NCBI GenBank assembly: GCA_965216815.1
Contig: OZ244202.1
Location: 872,963 to 936,962 of the forward strand
Origin: Acidimicrobiales bacterium
GTDB lineage: Bacteria > Actinomycetota > Acidimicrobiia > Acidimicrobiales > SHLQ01
Direction: 5' to 3'
DNA: 64,000 nucleotides
Position 1 is the stretch's first letter; every line of letters begins with the position of its first letter. Below, piece after piece: positions 1-9,767 of this stretch. Under the pieces are notes generated by a model. That model ran no database searches. It had not been told where the DNA came from and worked only from the letters and a program-made list of their open reading frames with translations. The translations under genes and the position numbers were made by a program.

Positions 1-345
1 GCCGATTGCGAGCGCTGCAAGCGCGTTCCCCGCCGAACCCAGTAGCGGTTCGGCGGCAGGCTCGATGCCGCCGTCCTCCGCCGGTTTGCCCGAGGACGCG
101 AACGACGTCAGAAGTGCTGCGACCGCGACATAGGTGGGGATCACGGCCCACCAGCGATACAGACCCAGCAATGCGAGCGTCTGGGTGACGCCCGTGACCA
201 CCACCGCGACGCCGAGCAGATCGATCAGCAAGCCGGAAGCGCCCGTCCAGGCAGGCAGGAGCACCCGTCGCAAGCGACGCAACGCGTAGCCGAGAAGACC
301 GAACGTGGCGACGAACGCCACCAGCCCGATCAGGTGACGGACCAT
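1..345 (-). CDS. Membrane protein, N-terminal part (runs off the window edge)
   Basis: ATG at 345 with GAAGG upstream; frame MVRHLIGLVAFVATFGLLGYALRRLRR... stays open to base 1 with several hydrophobic segments; not in the ORF track because there is no stop. Confidence 0.6.
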   Translation of the reverse strand, partial: MVRHLIGLVAFVATFGLLGYALRRLRRVLLPAWTGASGLLIDLLGVAVVVTGVTQTLALLGLYRWWAVIPTYVAVAALLTSFASSGKPAEDGGIEPAAEPLLGSAGNALAALAIG

Positions 346-534
346 CGGCACCTTCTGCTCGCTGCGACCGTCACCGTCTACCTCATCGATTCGACCCACA
401 CCGCAGATCGGGGTGTGGCGACACAGCCACGCAGAGTACCGCCGCGACCGCAATCGGAGAAAGGTGGACCATTCCCGTCTGTCGACGGAAACCGACTGGG
501 GCCGCTCGGCCTTCCCGGCTTGAAGTCGGCGGCG

Positions 535-1697
535 TCAGTGAAAGTCCATGGCACTGTTGCCGCCTACGACGTGGTCCATCACCCGGTGGTAATGGGTGAG
601 CTTGCACTCCCGCGCGGAGAAGACGTTGGCCTCGTAGGCCATCGAGTTCCTCGTTGAAGCGAGCTCCTCGAATATGAACACGTCCTCGCCTACGACCCGC
701 TGAAGGATCGACCAGTGCGCCATCGCCGCCCGCTGGTAACTCGCGAACTCATCATCGTCATCGCCGTCTGGTCCGTACATCAGCTCCCAGCAGATGAAGC
801 GCGTCCGGTCGACATCGAGCGGAACCGGTTGGAACAGCTGAATCTGGTCGGGGTTGTTGTTGAACACCGTGTTGGGAAACACGACGTAGTGGCAGATGGC
901 GAACTGCTGATGATCGCCGGTGGCGGCGAGATCGTCGAAGTCCTGGGGTCTTGGCACGAACATCATCGAGTTCGGACCGGCGATGTGAAACGTGGATGAG
1001 CGAGCAGCGCGTGTGAACGCCGGCTCGACTCCATGCAGTTCGGTTGCGTGGTAGACCTCGTTGAACCCGTCGACGACGACCTTGTAGTTCACCGGCACGT
1101 CGAACACCAGTTTGTCGCGCAGTTCCATGTCCTCCATGCGAAAGCGACCGAGGTCGACCGCGATGTCGTCGCCGATCCAGTCGACCAGGTCGGGGGCGTC
1201 GGCTCCGTCGAGGTTGATCCACACCCAACCACCCCATTCGGCGACGGCGATCGGCGGAGTGTGCAGGTCGTCGAGTTGGTTGGCATCGAAGTCGTCTCGG
1301 TCGGGCACTCCGACGACCAGACCGTCTTCGTCGTAGACCCAGCCGTGCCACGGGCAGATGAAGCGGCGGTCGCAACCCGAGATCTCGCCTCGGGTCAATC
1401 GAGCTCCGCGGTGGCGGCACACGTTGTGGAAGGCGCCGGCGGTGCCGTCCTGGCGACGGTTCACCACCACGGTCTCGCCGTGGCCTCGTAGAGCGCCCAG
1501 TCGCCGGGCTGGGCGATCTCGCTACTCCGTGCGGCGATAAGCCACGAGGTACGGAAGACTTGTTCTCGTTCGGCCTCGAACCGGTCCGGATCGCGGTAGA
1601 CGTCGGCGTCGAGCACAGACGGGTCGATGTCTGGAAGCGAACTGACCGTGGGTCCGACACGTGCCGGTGCCTCACCACGAGTTGGCCGGTAGACCAT
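535..1697 (-). CDS. Rieske aromatic ring-hydroxylating oxygenase alpha subunit, frameshifted near 1483
   Basis: Rieske motif CRHRG...CPWHGW and EVYHATELH iron site in ORF 535-1470. The N-terminus (DVYRDPDRFEAEREQVFRTSW) lies in another frame (1461-1853); adding one G (GAG GGC CAC GGC GAG) joins the two. Confidence 0.85.
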
Positions 1698-1778
1698 GGC
1701 GTTCTCCGATCGTCGATAGCGATCTTGGCAGCCCACCCGGGCCACGACCACACCGCCGCAGCGTGACAAGCTGGCGGC

Positions 1779-2624
1779 ATGACAACCCGGAGCCCGCGTC
1801 AGCTGGATGCCGACGACCTTGTGTTGAGCTTTTTCACTCTCGGTCGACGCCACGACATCGTCGATCGAGTTGTGAGTGCTGCTGCCGCCGGGTACGCCGG
1901 CATCGGGCTCTACGTAGGGGAGTACTACTCCCTCGAGCAGTCGGGCTTCGCTCCCAATGGCCTCGCCGAACTGCTCGAGGAAAACGATATCTGCTTAGCC
2001 GAAATCGAGGTTCTTCAGGGGTGGGCAGATCCGGAGGTCGCGACTACCGACCGCTATAGAGGCACCGAGGAGACGGCCTGGCGGATGGCTGACAGTTTCG
2101 ATTGCCGCTACGTCCAGGCAATCGGCCCCTACGTCGGTTCCATCGACGATGCCGGATCGGCGTTCGGATCGCTGTGCGACCGCGCCGGCGATCATGGCCT
2201 CGTCGTCGGTCTCGAGTTCGTCCCCTTCACCAACATCGTCACGGCAGCCGATGCACTAGCGATCGTGGAGAATGCCGATCGTGACAATGGCGGAATCTGT
2301 GTGGACATCTGGCATCACGAACGCGGCGCAGCTGACCTCGATCTCATCCGTAACATCCCGGGGCCGCGCATTCTCGGTATCCAGATGAGCGACGGGTCGC
2401 TGGAGCCACGCGACGGAAGCTATTTCGATGACACGCTGCGCAATCGGGTTCCGCCCGGCGAGGGTGAGTTCGACGTCGGCGGGTTCATCGCGGCGCTACG
2501 TCATGCCGGCGCATCGGTTCCGTGGTCGGTGGAGGTCTGTAATGACGACGTCTGGGAGAGCGGCGGTCGCGAGCATGTGGCACGGTGCGCTGAAGCGATG
2601 CGCGGGCAGCTGGAGGGGGGCTAG
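1779..2624 (+). CDS. Sugar phosphate isomerase/epimerase (xylose isomerase-like TIM barrel)
   Basis: GLEFVP, DIWH, QMSD, RVPPGEG and SVEV metal-binding motifs. Confidence 0.85.
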   Translation: MTTRSPRQLDADDLVLSFFTLGRRHDIVDRVVSAAAAGYAGIGLYVGEYYSLEQSGFAPNGLAELLEENDICLAEIEVLQGWADPEVATTDRYRGTEETAWRMADSFDCRYVQAIGPYVGSIDDAGSAFGSLCDRAGDHGLVVGLEFVPFTNIVTAADALAIVENADRDNGGICVDIWHHERGAADLDLIRNIPGPRILGIQMSDGSLEPRDGSYFDDTLRNRVPPGEGEFDVGGFIAALRHAGASVPWSVEVCNDDVWESGGREHVARCAEAMRGQLEGG

Positions 2625-2781
2625 TGCGGCGCGGACCTCGAACTCCGCGCCGTCGTCCGTGGCGGCGGCAGGGTGACGCTGGCTAGGACTGGAGTGGGTT
2701 AGCGGATCGTGCCACGCAGGGAGCCGGAGAGACCCCTCTGGCCGGCACCAACCGCCGGAGCGCCCGGTTAGCCTCGAGCCG

Positions 2782-3759
2782 GTGGATACGGTGCCGGTGA
2801 TCGACGTGAACGGCTTGGTGGAAGGTGACCTCGCCCCGGTGGCCTACGAGATCGACCGTGCATGTCGGATCAGCGGGTTCTTCGGCATTAGAAGGCATGG
2901 GGTCGATCCCGACCTGGTCACCGACCTAGAACGAGTGGCGAGGGAGTTCTTCGCTCTTTCTGACGCCGAGAAGTCAGAGGTGTCCATGGGAAGAGGTGGG
3001 TCCGCCTGGCGCGGATGGTTTCCTGTCGGATGTGAGCTCACGTCGGGCGTGCCTGATGCAAAGGAGGGTTACTACTTCGGCGAGGAGCTTCCCACCGACG
3101 ACCCACGCGTGAGCGCTGGTCTTCCGCTTCACGGGCCCAATCTGTTTCCGCAGCGACCTACCGAGCTCGGTCCGATCGTGCTCGCGTGGATGGATGAGAT
3201 GCACGGCTTGGCTCAGCGGTTGATGGAGGCCGTTGCGGTCGGATTGGGGCTCGCGCGCGATCACTTCTCAGGTGGTCTCACCGCCGAACCGACCGAGTTG
3301 TTTCGGATGTTCCACTATCCACCCGCTCCGCGCGGGTCGAAGTGGGGCGTCGCAGAGCACACCGACTATGGACTGTTGACCATCTTGGCCCAGGACTCGA
3401 CAGGCGGGCTCGAGGCGATGACTCCCGATGGAAGGTGGGTTCCCGTGCCGCCGGATCGGGATGTGCTCGTGGGCAACCTCGGCGACATGCTCGAGCGCTT
3501 GACCGGTGGTGTGTATCGCTCGACGCCTCACCGAGTCCGCCCGTCGGCACCAGGCACCTCGCGTCTGTCGTTCCCCTACTTCTTCGACCCGGGTTGGAAC
3601 TCGCGACCAGCTCGGTTGAATCTCGGTGAAGCGGCCCGCGCGCATAGCCGGTGGGACGGAGAAAACCCGCTGCTGTTCGAGGGAACCTATGGCGAATACC
3701 TAATGTCTCGGGTCGCCCGCGTGTTTCCACACCTGTTCGACGAATCGATCGGACAGTAG
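2782..3759 (+). CDS. 2-oxoglutarate/Fe(II) oxygenase, isopenicillin N synthase family
   Basis: VPVID N-terminus, HTDYG, STPHRV and RLS motifs. Confidence 0.9.
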   Translation: MDTVPVIDVNGLVEGDLAPVAYEIDRACRISGFFGIRRHGVDPDLVTDLERVAREFFALSDAEKSEVSMGRGGSAWRGWFPVGCELTSGVPDAKEGYYFGEELPTDDPRVSAGLPLHGPNLFPQRPTELGPIVLAWMDEMHGLAQRLMEAVAVGLGLARDHFSGGLTAEPTELFRMFHYPPAPRGSKWGVAEHTDYGLLTILAQDSTGGLEAMTPDGRWVPVPPDRDVLVGNLGDMLERLTGGVYRSTPHRVRPSAPGTSRLSFPYFFDPGWNSRPARLNLGEAARAHSRWDGENPLLFEGTYGEYLMSRVARVFPHLFDESIGQ

Positions 3760-3819
3760 GTCGGTCGCCCGGAGCCGGCGCGCGTTGCCTCCAGCATTTG
3801 GCGCCGAACTGACACCAGT

Positions 3820-3865
3820 GTGGAGCTGGCGGGAATCGAACCCGCGACCCCCTGCTTGCAAAGCA
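3820..3865 (-). repeat. att site: duplicated 3' part of tRNA-Ala
   Basis: gtggagctggcgggaatcgaacccgcgaccccctgcttgcaaagca, identical to 15425-15470. Confidence 0.97.
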
Positions 3866-3968
3866 CAAAGAACGCGGCTCGCTGACCGGGCGTTTTCCGC
3901 GAAAGCCCCTGTCAGGGGGTGTTTTGGGTTGCCCGTTGGTGCCCGCCCAGCACCGTTGTTTTCTGTTG

Positions 3969-3991
3969 CTACGCGCGCGATACGCGCGCGG
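3969..3991. promoter_or_regulatory. Putative integrase arm-type binding site
   Basis: ctacgcgcgcgatacgcgcgcgg matches 15321-15343 with one mismatch; tandem TACGCGCGC units. Confidence 0.7.
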
Positions 3992-4033
3992 GAGTCCCGT
4001 CGCATTCGACCGTCTCATCCGTCGGCACCGCGG

Positions 4034-4426
4034 TCATTCATCGAGCGGACGAATTCGCTCATCGAGCCACATAGACAGCTCAGCGACGTCGATTTCGCCG
4101 GCTGCTACCGCCCAGATGATCGCGACGGCTTCGTCGGTTTCGGCGGCCAACTCACGGCCGTTGATCGCGCAGAACATCGTCGCCGCTTGCCACGCGAGCC
4201 TCTTGTTGCCATCAGGCAACGGATGATTCCGGGCGATGTGCACAGCGAGGACAGCAACCTTGTCGGTGAAGTCCTCGTAGAACTCGACTTCACCGAATCC
4301 TGCCTGGGGAGCATGCAAGGCCGAGTCCAACAGATCAATCCGCGAAGTGCGCATCAGTGACCGCGCGTCGGTCCTGGTCACTGCGGCGGCAACGACTAGA
4401 GCTTCGGCCAGTGTCAGATACCTCAT
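4034..4426 (-). CDS. Doc/Fic family toxin
   Basis: HPLPDGNKR Fic/Doc motif; MRYLTLAE N-terminus; LDSALHAP. Confidence 0.9.
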   Translation of the reverse strand: MRYLTLAEALVVAAAVTRTDARSLMRTSRIDLLDSALHAPQAGFGEVEFYEDFTDKVAVLAVHIARNHPLPDGNKRLAWQAATMFCAINGRELAAETDEAVAIIWAVAAGEIDVAELSMWLDERIRPLDE

Positions 4427-4635
4427 TCAGCCAGCCGGTCGAGGATCTCCTTGTCGCGCTCGGTGAGCCGTTTGAGCTGTGACATGAACTCGGCGTCTTC
4501 CTTGACGCGTTCAAGCTCCGCTGTCAGCGCCTCGAGCATGAGCGCGTTGACACTGACCCCGCGCCCGCGCGCGACCATGTCGGCCTCTTCGGCGAGCTCT
4601 TCGGGCATGCGCACTGTAGTTGTCCGTTTCGCCAT
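4423..4635 (-). CDS. Ribbon-helix-helix (CopG-like) antitoxin
   Basis: MAKRTTTVRMPEELAEEA...RGVSVNALM; C-terminal EILDRLAE; 4-nt overlap with the toxin start. Confidence 0.8.
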   Translation of the reverse strand: MAKRTTTVRMPEELAEEADMVARGRGVSVNALMLEALTAELERVKEDAEFMSQLKRLTERDKEILDRLAE

Positions 4636-4796
4636 GCCATCACGATACCACGACGGCAAGACGGCGTCTGGTTTCGTCTGGCGTGTCACTCGCCGACTGG
4701 GGTCCCTGGTTGGTTCGAGGGCCCGCTGCGACTCTCGCGGCGTTGTGACGTTGGCTTCTGTCGCGTGAGGGGCGTTTCGGTGTCCCTGGTTGGGGT

Positions 4797-4982
4797 GTGG
4801 GAGATCGACTGCTCAGTGTTGATGAGGTCGCCGAGCTACTCGGCGTTCGTCCTCGCTTCGTCCGCCGGCTCGTCGACGAGCGCCGGATCCGCTTCTGCAA
4901 GATCGGACGGTATGTCCGCTTCGATCCCAGCGATGTCGAGAGCTTCATCGAGTCCGGCCGAGTCGACGAAGTCGTGCGATGA
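4797..4982 (+). CDS. Excisionase-family HTH DNA-binding protein
   Basis: LLSVDEVAELLGV...VRRLV...KIGRYVRF, 61 aa, inside the element. Confidence 0.88.
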   Translation: MGDRLLSVDEVAELLGVRPRFVRRLVDERRIRFCKIGRYVRFDPSDVESFIESGRVDEVVR

Positions 4983-5109
4983 CATCGCCAGCTACCGGCC
5001 ATCTCCCGGAGCCCGTTCCGTTGTCGCGTCTATTGATGACAGACGGGTGCAATGTCCTCCCGGCCCATCTCCCGGCGCTCACCTACCGCTCACAGTCGGG
5101 GGTCGGGAG

Positions 5110-8100
5110 ATGACGGCTCGGGTGACGACGCTCAAGGGGCCCGAGGCGGGCGCCTATTACGTCGAGGCGTTGCCCAGCTACTACCTCCAGTCAGGTGAGC
5201 CGCGGGGTCAGTGGCACGGCCGCGGGGCTACCGAGCTTGGGCTGTCGGGCCAGGTGGAGGATGCGGGGTTTCTGGCGTTGATGGCCGGCGAGCATCCGGA
5301 TGGTTCGGGTGTTGCGCTCGGCCGCGGTTACGGCGAGAGCTCGGTGCGGGGGTTTGATGTGACGTGTTCGGCGCCCAAGTCAGTGTCGATTCTCTTTGCG
5401 GTCGGCGACGCCGAGACGCGTGCGGCTGTGTTGGAGGGTCACGACCGGGCGGTGGCGGCGGTTGTGGAGTGGGTCGAACGGAACGCGTTGACGCGCTACA
5501 CGATCAACGGGGAGGTCGCGGTGGTCGACGCGGAAGGGATCACAGCCGCGACGTTTCGACAGCACACGTCGCGGGCTCTGGACCCGCAGCTCCACACCCA
5601 TGTCGTTGTAGCGAACCGTGTGATGTCGCCGGATGGGCGATGGCTTGCTCTGGATGCCCGGGGCTTGAAGTTGGATCAGCGGACTGTGTCCGCGGTCTAT
5701 CACGCATCGCTGCAGGCGGAGTTGACGCGGCGGCTTGGTGTGGAGTGGGTCGAGACCGAGCACTCGATCGCAGAGATCGGCGGTGTTCCGGTCGAGGCGA
5801 TCACGGCGTTCTCTCAGCGAACCGACTCGATCCGCCGGCGGGTCGATGTGAAGGTCGACCGGTTCATCGACACCATGGACCGTGAGCCGTCACCTCGGGA
5901 GCGGTGGCGGCTCGAACGCGAAGCAGTCATCGACTCCCGACCGGCCAAGACCTCGGCGATGAACGCGGTGGAGCTGCACACGGTGTGGACTGGGCGGCTC
6001 GAAGACGTCGGCGTCACCGCCGGCCGGCTTCGGTGCGACTGCATCGACCGCGAATCTGCCCTACCGCTGTATCCCGATGTCGCCGAGGCCGTGATCGCTG
6101 ACGCTGTGGCGGTGTTGGAGGAGTCGCAGTCGTCGTGGCGGGAAGCGGAGGTGACACGCGAGATCGCCCGCCAGCTACCCACCAACATCGGCCACCACCC
6201 AACCGGACTTCTCGACCTGCTCGAATATCTCACCGCCACGGCTGTCAAGACCCGTTGTGTCGATATCTCGCGGCCGGTCCCGGCAGGTGCGCTCGTGCGG
6301 TCCGATGGCCGCCCGCTGACCGAATCGGTCGCGGATCGGGCACTGACCACCCAGCAGATTCTCGACCAAGAACGAGACGTGTTGGCCTGGGCGCAGCGCC
6401 GACTGGACTACCCAGGCGCGGACAACGCAGAGGTCCACACCGAAACAGCAGCGCGGCTCACCCCGGCCCAGGCCGACGTCGCCGCAGCCGTCGCAGGCAC
6501 CAGCGACCTGGTCCTCGTCGTCGGCCCCGCCGGCACCGGAAAGACTTCCGCGCTCGTGCCTGCGGTGCGCGAGTTGGCGATCGATCGCCGCCACGCCTTC
6601 GGCGTGACACCATCCGCTGCGGCCGCTCAGGTGCTCGAGATCGAAACCGGCATTGCCGCGGACACGTTGGACAAGCTCCTCGTTGAACACGACGGCCGCA
6701 GGCCACCAGGCCGGGCCTACGACCTGCCAGTGGGTGCGACTGTGATTGTGGACGAAGCCGGCATGGTGTCTACCGACCGACTCGCCGCCCTCGCCGCTTT
6801 GTCGGACCGCAAGGGTTGGCGAGTCGCGCTCATTGGCGACCCACTGCAATTCTCCGCTGTCGGTCGCGGGGGCATGTTCGCTCATCTCATCGATGCCCAC
6901 AGTGCGATTGAACTCGACCGAGTCCACCGCTTCACCAACCACTCGGAACGACAAGCCTCCCTACGCCTACGCGTCGGCGATCAAACCATCGCCGACGTCT
7001 ACGACTCCCACGGCCGCATCCATGGCGGCACCGCCACGCGAATGGAAACCGAAGCACTCGAAGCCTGGGCGACAGCCCGCCAACGTGGTGAGAGCGTGTT
7101 GTTGTCGGCGCCGTCGAGCGACACCGTCCAACGTCTCAACACCGCCGCCCAACAACAACGAATCACCTTCGGTGAGATCAACACAGGCAGCCCGACCGTG
7201 GAAACCAGGGACTACCGGATTTTCGTTGGCGACGAGATCGTCACCCGACGCAACGACCGACGGATCCTGACCGACCAAGGCCACATGATCCGCAACCGCG
7301 ACACCTGGACAGTCACCAACATCGACCGTGGCACCATCACCGCCGCCGGCGGATGCGGCGCCGTGAAGCTCCCAGCCTCCTATGTCGCCGAGCATGTCGA
7401 GTTGGCGTACGCGCAGACCAGCCACGCCACCCAAGGCCGAACCGTCGACCGATCCATCCTCGTCCTCGACGGACCCACCGACCTGCGAGGCCTCTACGTG
7501 CCACTCACCCGCGGACGCGAATCCAACGACGCCTACATCGCCACCGTCGGCAACGACACCGCCGTCGACATCTTCCGAGCCTCGATGGCACGAAGCTGGA
7601 TCGACCAACCCGCCCACCAGCGGATGGCAGAACTCGCCGAGTCGGCTGCTCATCGGCCCGGCACCATCCCAACCCCCGACCTACGAGCCCTGTTCGCCGA
7701 AAGCGGCCAAATCACCAACACCTTGCGCGACCTCGACTACCACCTGCCCCGGCTCCCAGATCGCATCCGGAATCAGGAACACGTCGTCGATCGAACCCGC
7801 ACCGAACTCGACCACTGCCACCAAAAGCTCAACGAAGCCAACAACACCCTGGCCCGGCTCGACCGACCAGTGAAACGGTGGCTGCACCGCACCGAAATCC
7901 ACAACGCCGAAAACATCCGCGACCGATACACCGACCAGGCCGCGAAAGCCCAGACGAAGTACGAACAGGCGGCCGAGGAGCTCGCCCGAGACCGCGCCGA
8001 CCTAGCAGCCGCCAACGACCTCCACCAACAGCGGCCCGCGCTCGAACACCGACTCGACACAATCATCCGAACCCTCGACACCGACGCCAACATCCGCACT

Positions 8101-8382
8101 CACGCACTCGGAGCAGAGCCGCCCGAAGCCATCACCCAAACACTCGGGAACCGGCCCGTCGAACCCGACGCCGTAGCAGCGTGGGACCAAGCCGCCGGAC
8201 GACTCGACCAACACCACACCTGCTACAACGCCAACCGCTTCCAACGCTGGGACCTCCCACCCGAGATCAACGCCAGCGCCATCCGGGTCCGCGGATCAAT
8301 CGACACGCTCGCCACCCAACTCGAACCGCGCACCCCGAAACGCCAACTCAGCGACGACAACGCACTCGGCATCAGCATGTGA
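5110..8382 (+). CDS. MobF (TrwC-like) relaxase-helicase
   Basis: AYY...SYY catalytic Tyr, FDVTCSAPKSVS, DPQLHTH His motif, Walker A GPAGTGKT, DEAGM, HATQGRTVD; ATG 5110 after GGGAG. Confidence 0.93.
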   Translation: MTARVTTLKGPEAGAYYVEALPSYYLQSGEPRGQWHGRGATELGLSGQVEDAGFLALMAGEHPDGSGVALGRGYGESSVRGFDVTCSAPKSVSILFAVGDAETRAAVLEGHDRAVAAVVEWVERNALTRYTINGEVAVVDAEGITAATFRQHTSRALDPQLHTHVVVANRVMSPDGRWLALDARGLKLDQRTVSAVYHASLQAELTRRLGVEWVETEHSIAEIGGVPVEAITAFSQRTDSIRRRVDVKVDRFIDTMDREPSPRERWRLEREAVIDSRPAKTSAMNAVELHTVWTGRLEDVGVTAGRLRCDCIDRESALPLYPDVAEAVIADAVAVLEESQSSWREAEVTREIARQLPTNIGHHPTGLLDLLEYLTATAVKTRCVDISRPVPAGALVRSDGRPLTESVADRALTTQQILDQERDVLAWAQRRLDYPGADNAEVHTETAARLTPAQADVAAAVAGTSDLVLVVGPAGTGKTSALVPAVRELAIDRRHAFGVTPSAAAAQVLEIETGIAADTLDKLLVEHDGRRPPGRAYDLPVGATVIVDEAGMVSTDRLAALAALSDRKGWRVALIGDPLQFSAVGRGGMFAHLIDAHSAIELDRVHRFTNHSERQASLRLRVGDQTIADVYDSHGRIHGGTATRMETEALEAWATARQRGESVLLSAPSSDTVQRLNTAAQQQRITFGEINTGSPTVETRDYRIFVGDEIVTRRNDRRILTDQGHMIRNRDTWTVTNIDRGTITAAGGCGAVKLPASYVAEHVELAYAQTSHATQGRTVDRSILVLDGPTDLRGLYVPLTRGRESNDAYIATVGNDTAVDIFRASMARSWIDQPAHQRMAELAESAAHRPGTIPTPDLRALFAESGQITNTLRDLDYHLPRLPDRIRNQEHVVDRTRTELDHCHQKLNEANNTLARLDRPVKRWLHRTEIHNAENIRDRYTDQAAKAQTKYEQAAEELARDRADLAAANDLHQQRPALEHRLDTIIRTLDTDANIRTHALGAEPPEAITQTLGNRPVEPDAVAAWDQAAGRLDQHHTCYNANRFQRWDLPPEINASAIRVRGSIDTLATQLEPRTPKRQLSDDNALGISM

Positions 8383-8812
8383 ACCACTGCGGCCAAGCCC
8401 GCCCCAAGGGGCGGGCCAACTCCAGTATCAACAACCCTCCGTCGTCAAGGGACGGCTCCGGGACGCCGCTCCGCTCCGTGTCCTCACCTCCGACCTACGG
8501 CCGGCCCTTGACCCCTTGTGGGACCGAATACTGCCTGATACGCGGCAGAGGACCGCGGGCGGGCGTCGCCTCCGGTTGTCGTGCTCTGTCAGCCTTCGGA
8601 CCTAGAGGCGTCTTATCTCCAGTCCTGGCTCGGGAACGACCCATCGAACTATTTGCGATCTGCGGCCCTGTCGATTCGCACGGTGATTTCATGTTCAAGA
8701 CAGGCGTGAGTTGGATGTTGAGCTGCTTCCCATCGACCACTCTCGTGGGCAATGCCGTCTGAGGTGCTTCCGGCGGTTTGCTTCACATCGAGGATCGAGC
8801 CGACGGTAGGAT

Positions 8813-9757
8813 CTATCCGAGTGCCTCACAGTGCTCCCGGAATGTGCTGAGCACATCTGGTATTGGCGTGTTGGGCATGGCCGCGCAGCGCTCGACTGGG
8901 TCAGGATTACTGAAATCTGCCGCGCCGACAAAGACCCATTCGTCGTCAGGTCGCTCGAAGCCATAGGCCACGTTCCTAGCAATCCAATCATCATCGTCGA
9001 AGTTGATGAGGCGACGGCGATCACCGCAGATTGACACGAAGTACGGCGGTTGCTCATCACCGAAATGGCTTATCACCGCGTCAGCGATCCCATCGCCAAG
9101 GCATTGCCGGTCGAACTCTTCGAGGCGATCGCTATACGAGTCGAAAGGAAGGATCACAACCCCATCGGGAACATGCCCCTCAATCCTGTCTCCACCATTC
9201 AAAGGGAGCGCTCCAAGCGCCACGATATAGTGCTCGTCGGCAACGTGCCAGAGAGAGGGCCCCGGTGAGTATTTGCAGGCCTCGTATTCACCGCCAGCGC
9301 TTAGAGTCAGCCGAAAGCACTTTCCAACACTTTCGTTTGCTCCTGGGGGCGGAACGCCCCTATTGGGAATGGCAGTTACGGTCAGGTCATCGATGCTGAA
9401 CAACACCTGACCTGGCTCTGTCGACGAGGCGGGCGTTGGAGTGTTCGTTGTCACCGATGTGGCTAGTGTTGTCGTTGAGACTGCTGCGGGCAGGGCGGAG
9501 ACGGATTGTCCTTCTGGGCGACTGTCACCAACTACGGTCGTGTCGCCCGAACTACTGCGCTCGATCAGCAATACTCCGGCCACAACGGCGGCCATTATGC
9601 ATCCAACGGCCACGGAGCGGCGTCTACGCGTCGCCTTCCTCTGGCGAAGGTCGGCCTCTGCGGCCACAGAGGCCCAGGACCTCCGCTGGGTCGTCTCCTG
9701 GCGACTGGGCGGTTCGCTCAGTGATGCTAGGAAGACCCTGAGCTGATCCTCATCCAT
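8813..9757 (-). CDS. Single-pass membrane protein, putative anti-sigma factor
   Basis: Short basic N-terminus, TM helix, Thr/Ser linker, Cys-containing extracellular domain; directly downstream of the ECF sigma gene. Confidence 0.6.
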   Translation of the reverse strand: MDEDQLRVFLASLSEPPSRQETTQRRSWASVAAEADLRQRKATRRRRSVAVGCIMAAVVAGVLLIERSSSGDTTVVGDSRPEGQSVSALPAAVSTTTLATSVTTNTPTPASSTEPGQVLFSIDDLTVTAIPNRGVPPPGANESVGKCFRLTLSAGGEYEACKYSPGPSLWHVADEHYIVALGALPLNGGDRIEGHVPDGVVILPFDSYSDRLEEFDRQCLGDGIADAVISHFGDEQPPYFVSICGDRRRLINFDDDDWIARNVAYGFERPDDEWVFVGAADFSNPDPVERCAAMPNTPIPDVLSTFREHCEALG

Positions 9758-9767
9758 GACTCACCTT

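Noticed and set aside
3820-3865. A second tRNA-Ala gene
   Set aside because: Only the 3' part is present (no D arm or 5' acceptor strand); it is the att duplication
4765-5109. N-terminal extension of the 1205-aa relaxase ORF
   Set aside because: It overlaps the excisionase gene; MobF similarity and an RBS begin at ATG 5110
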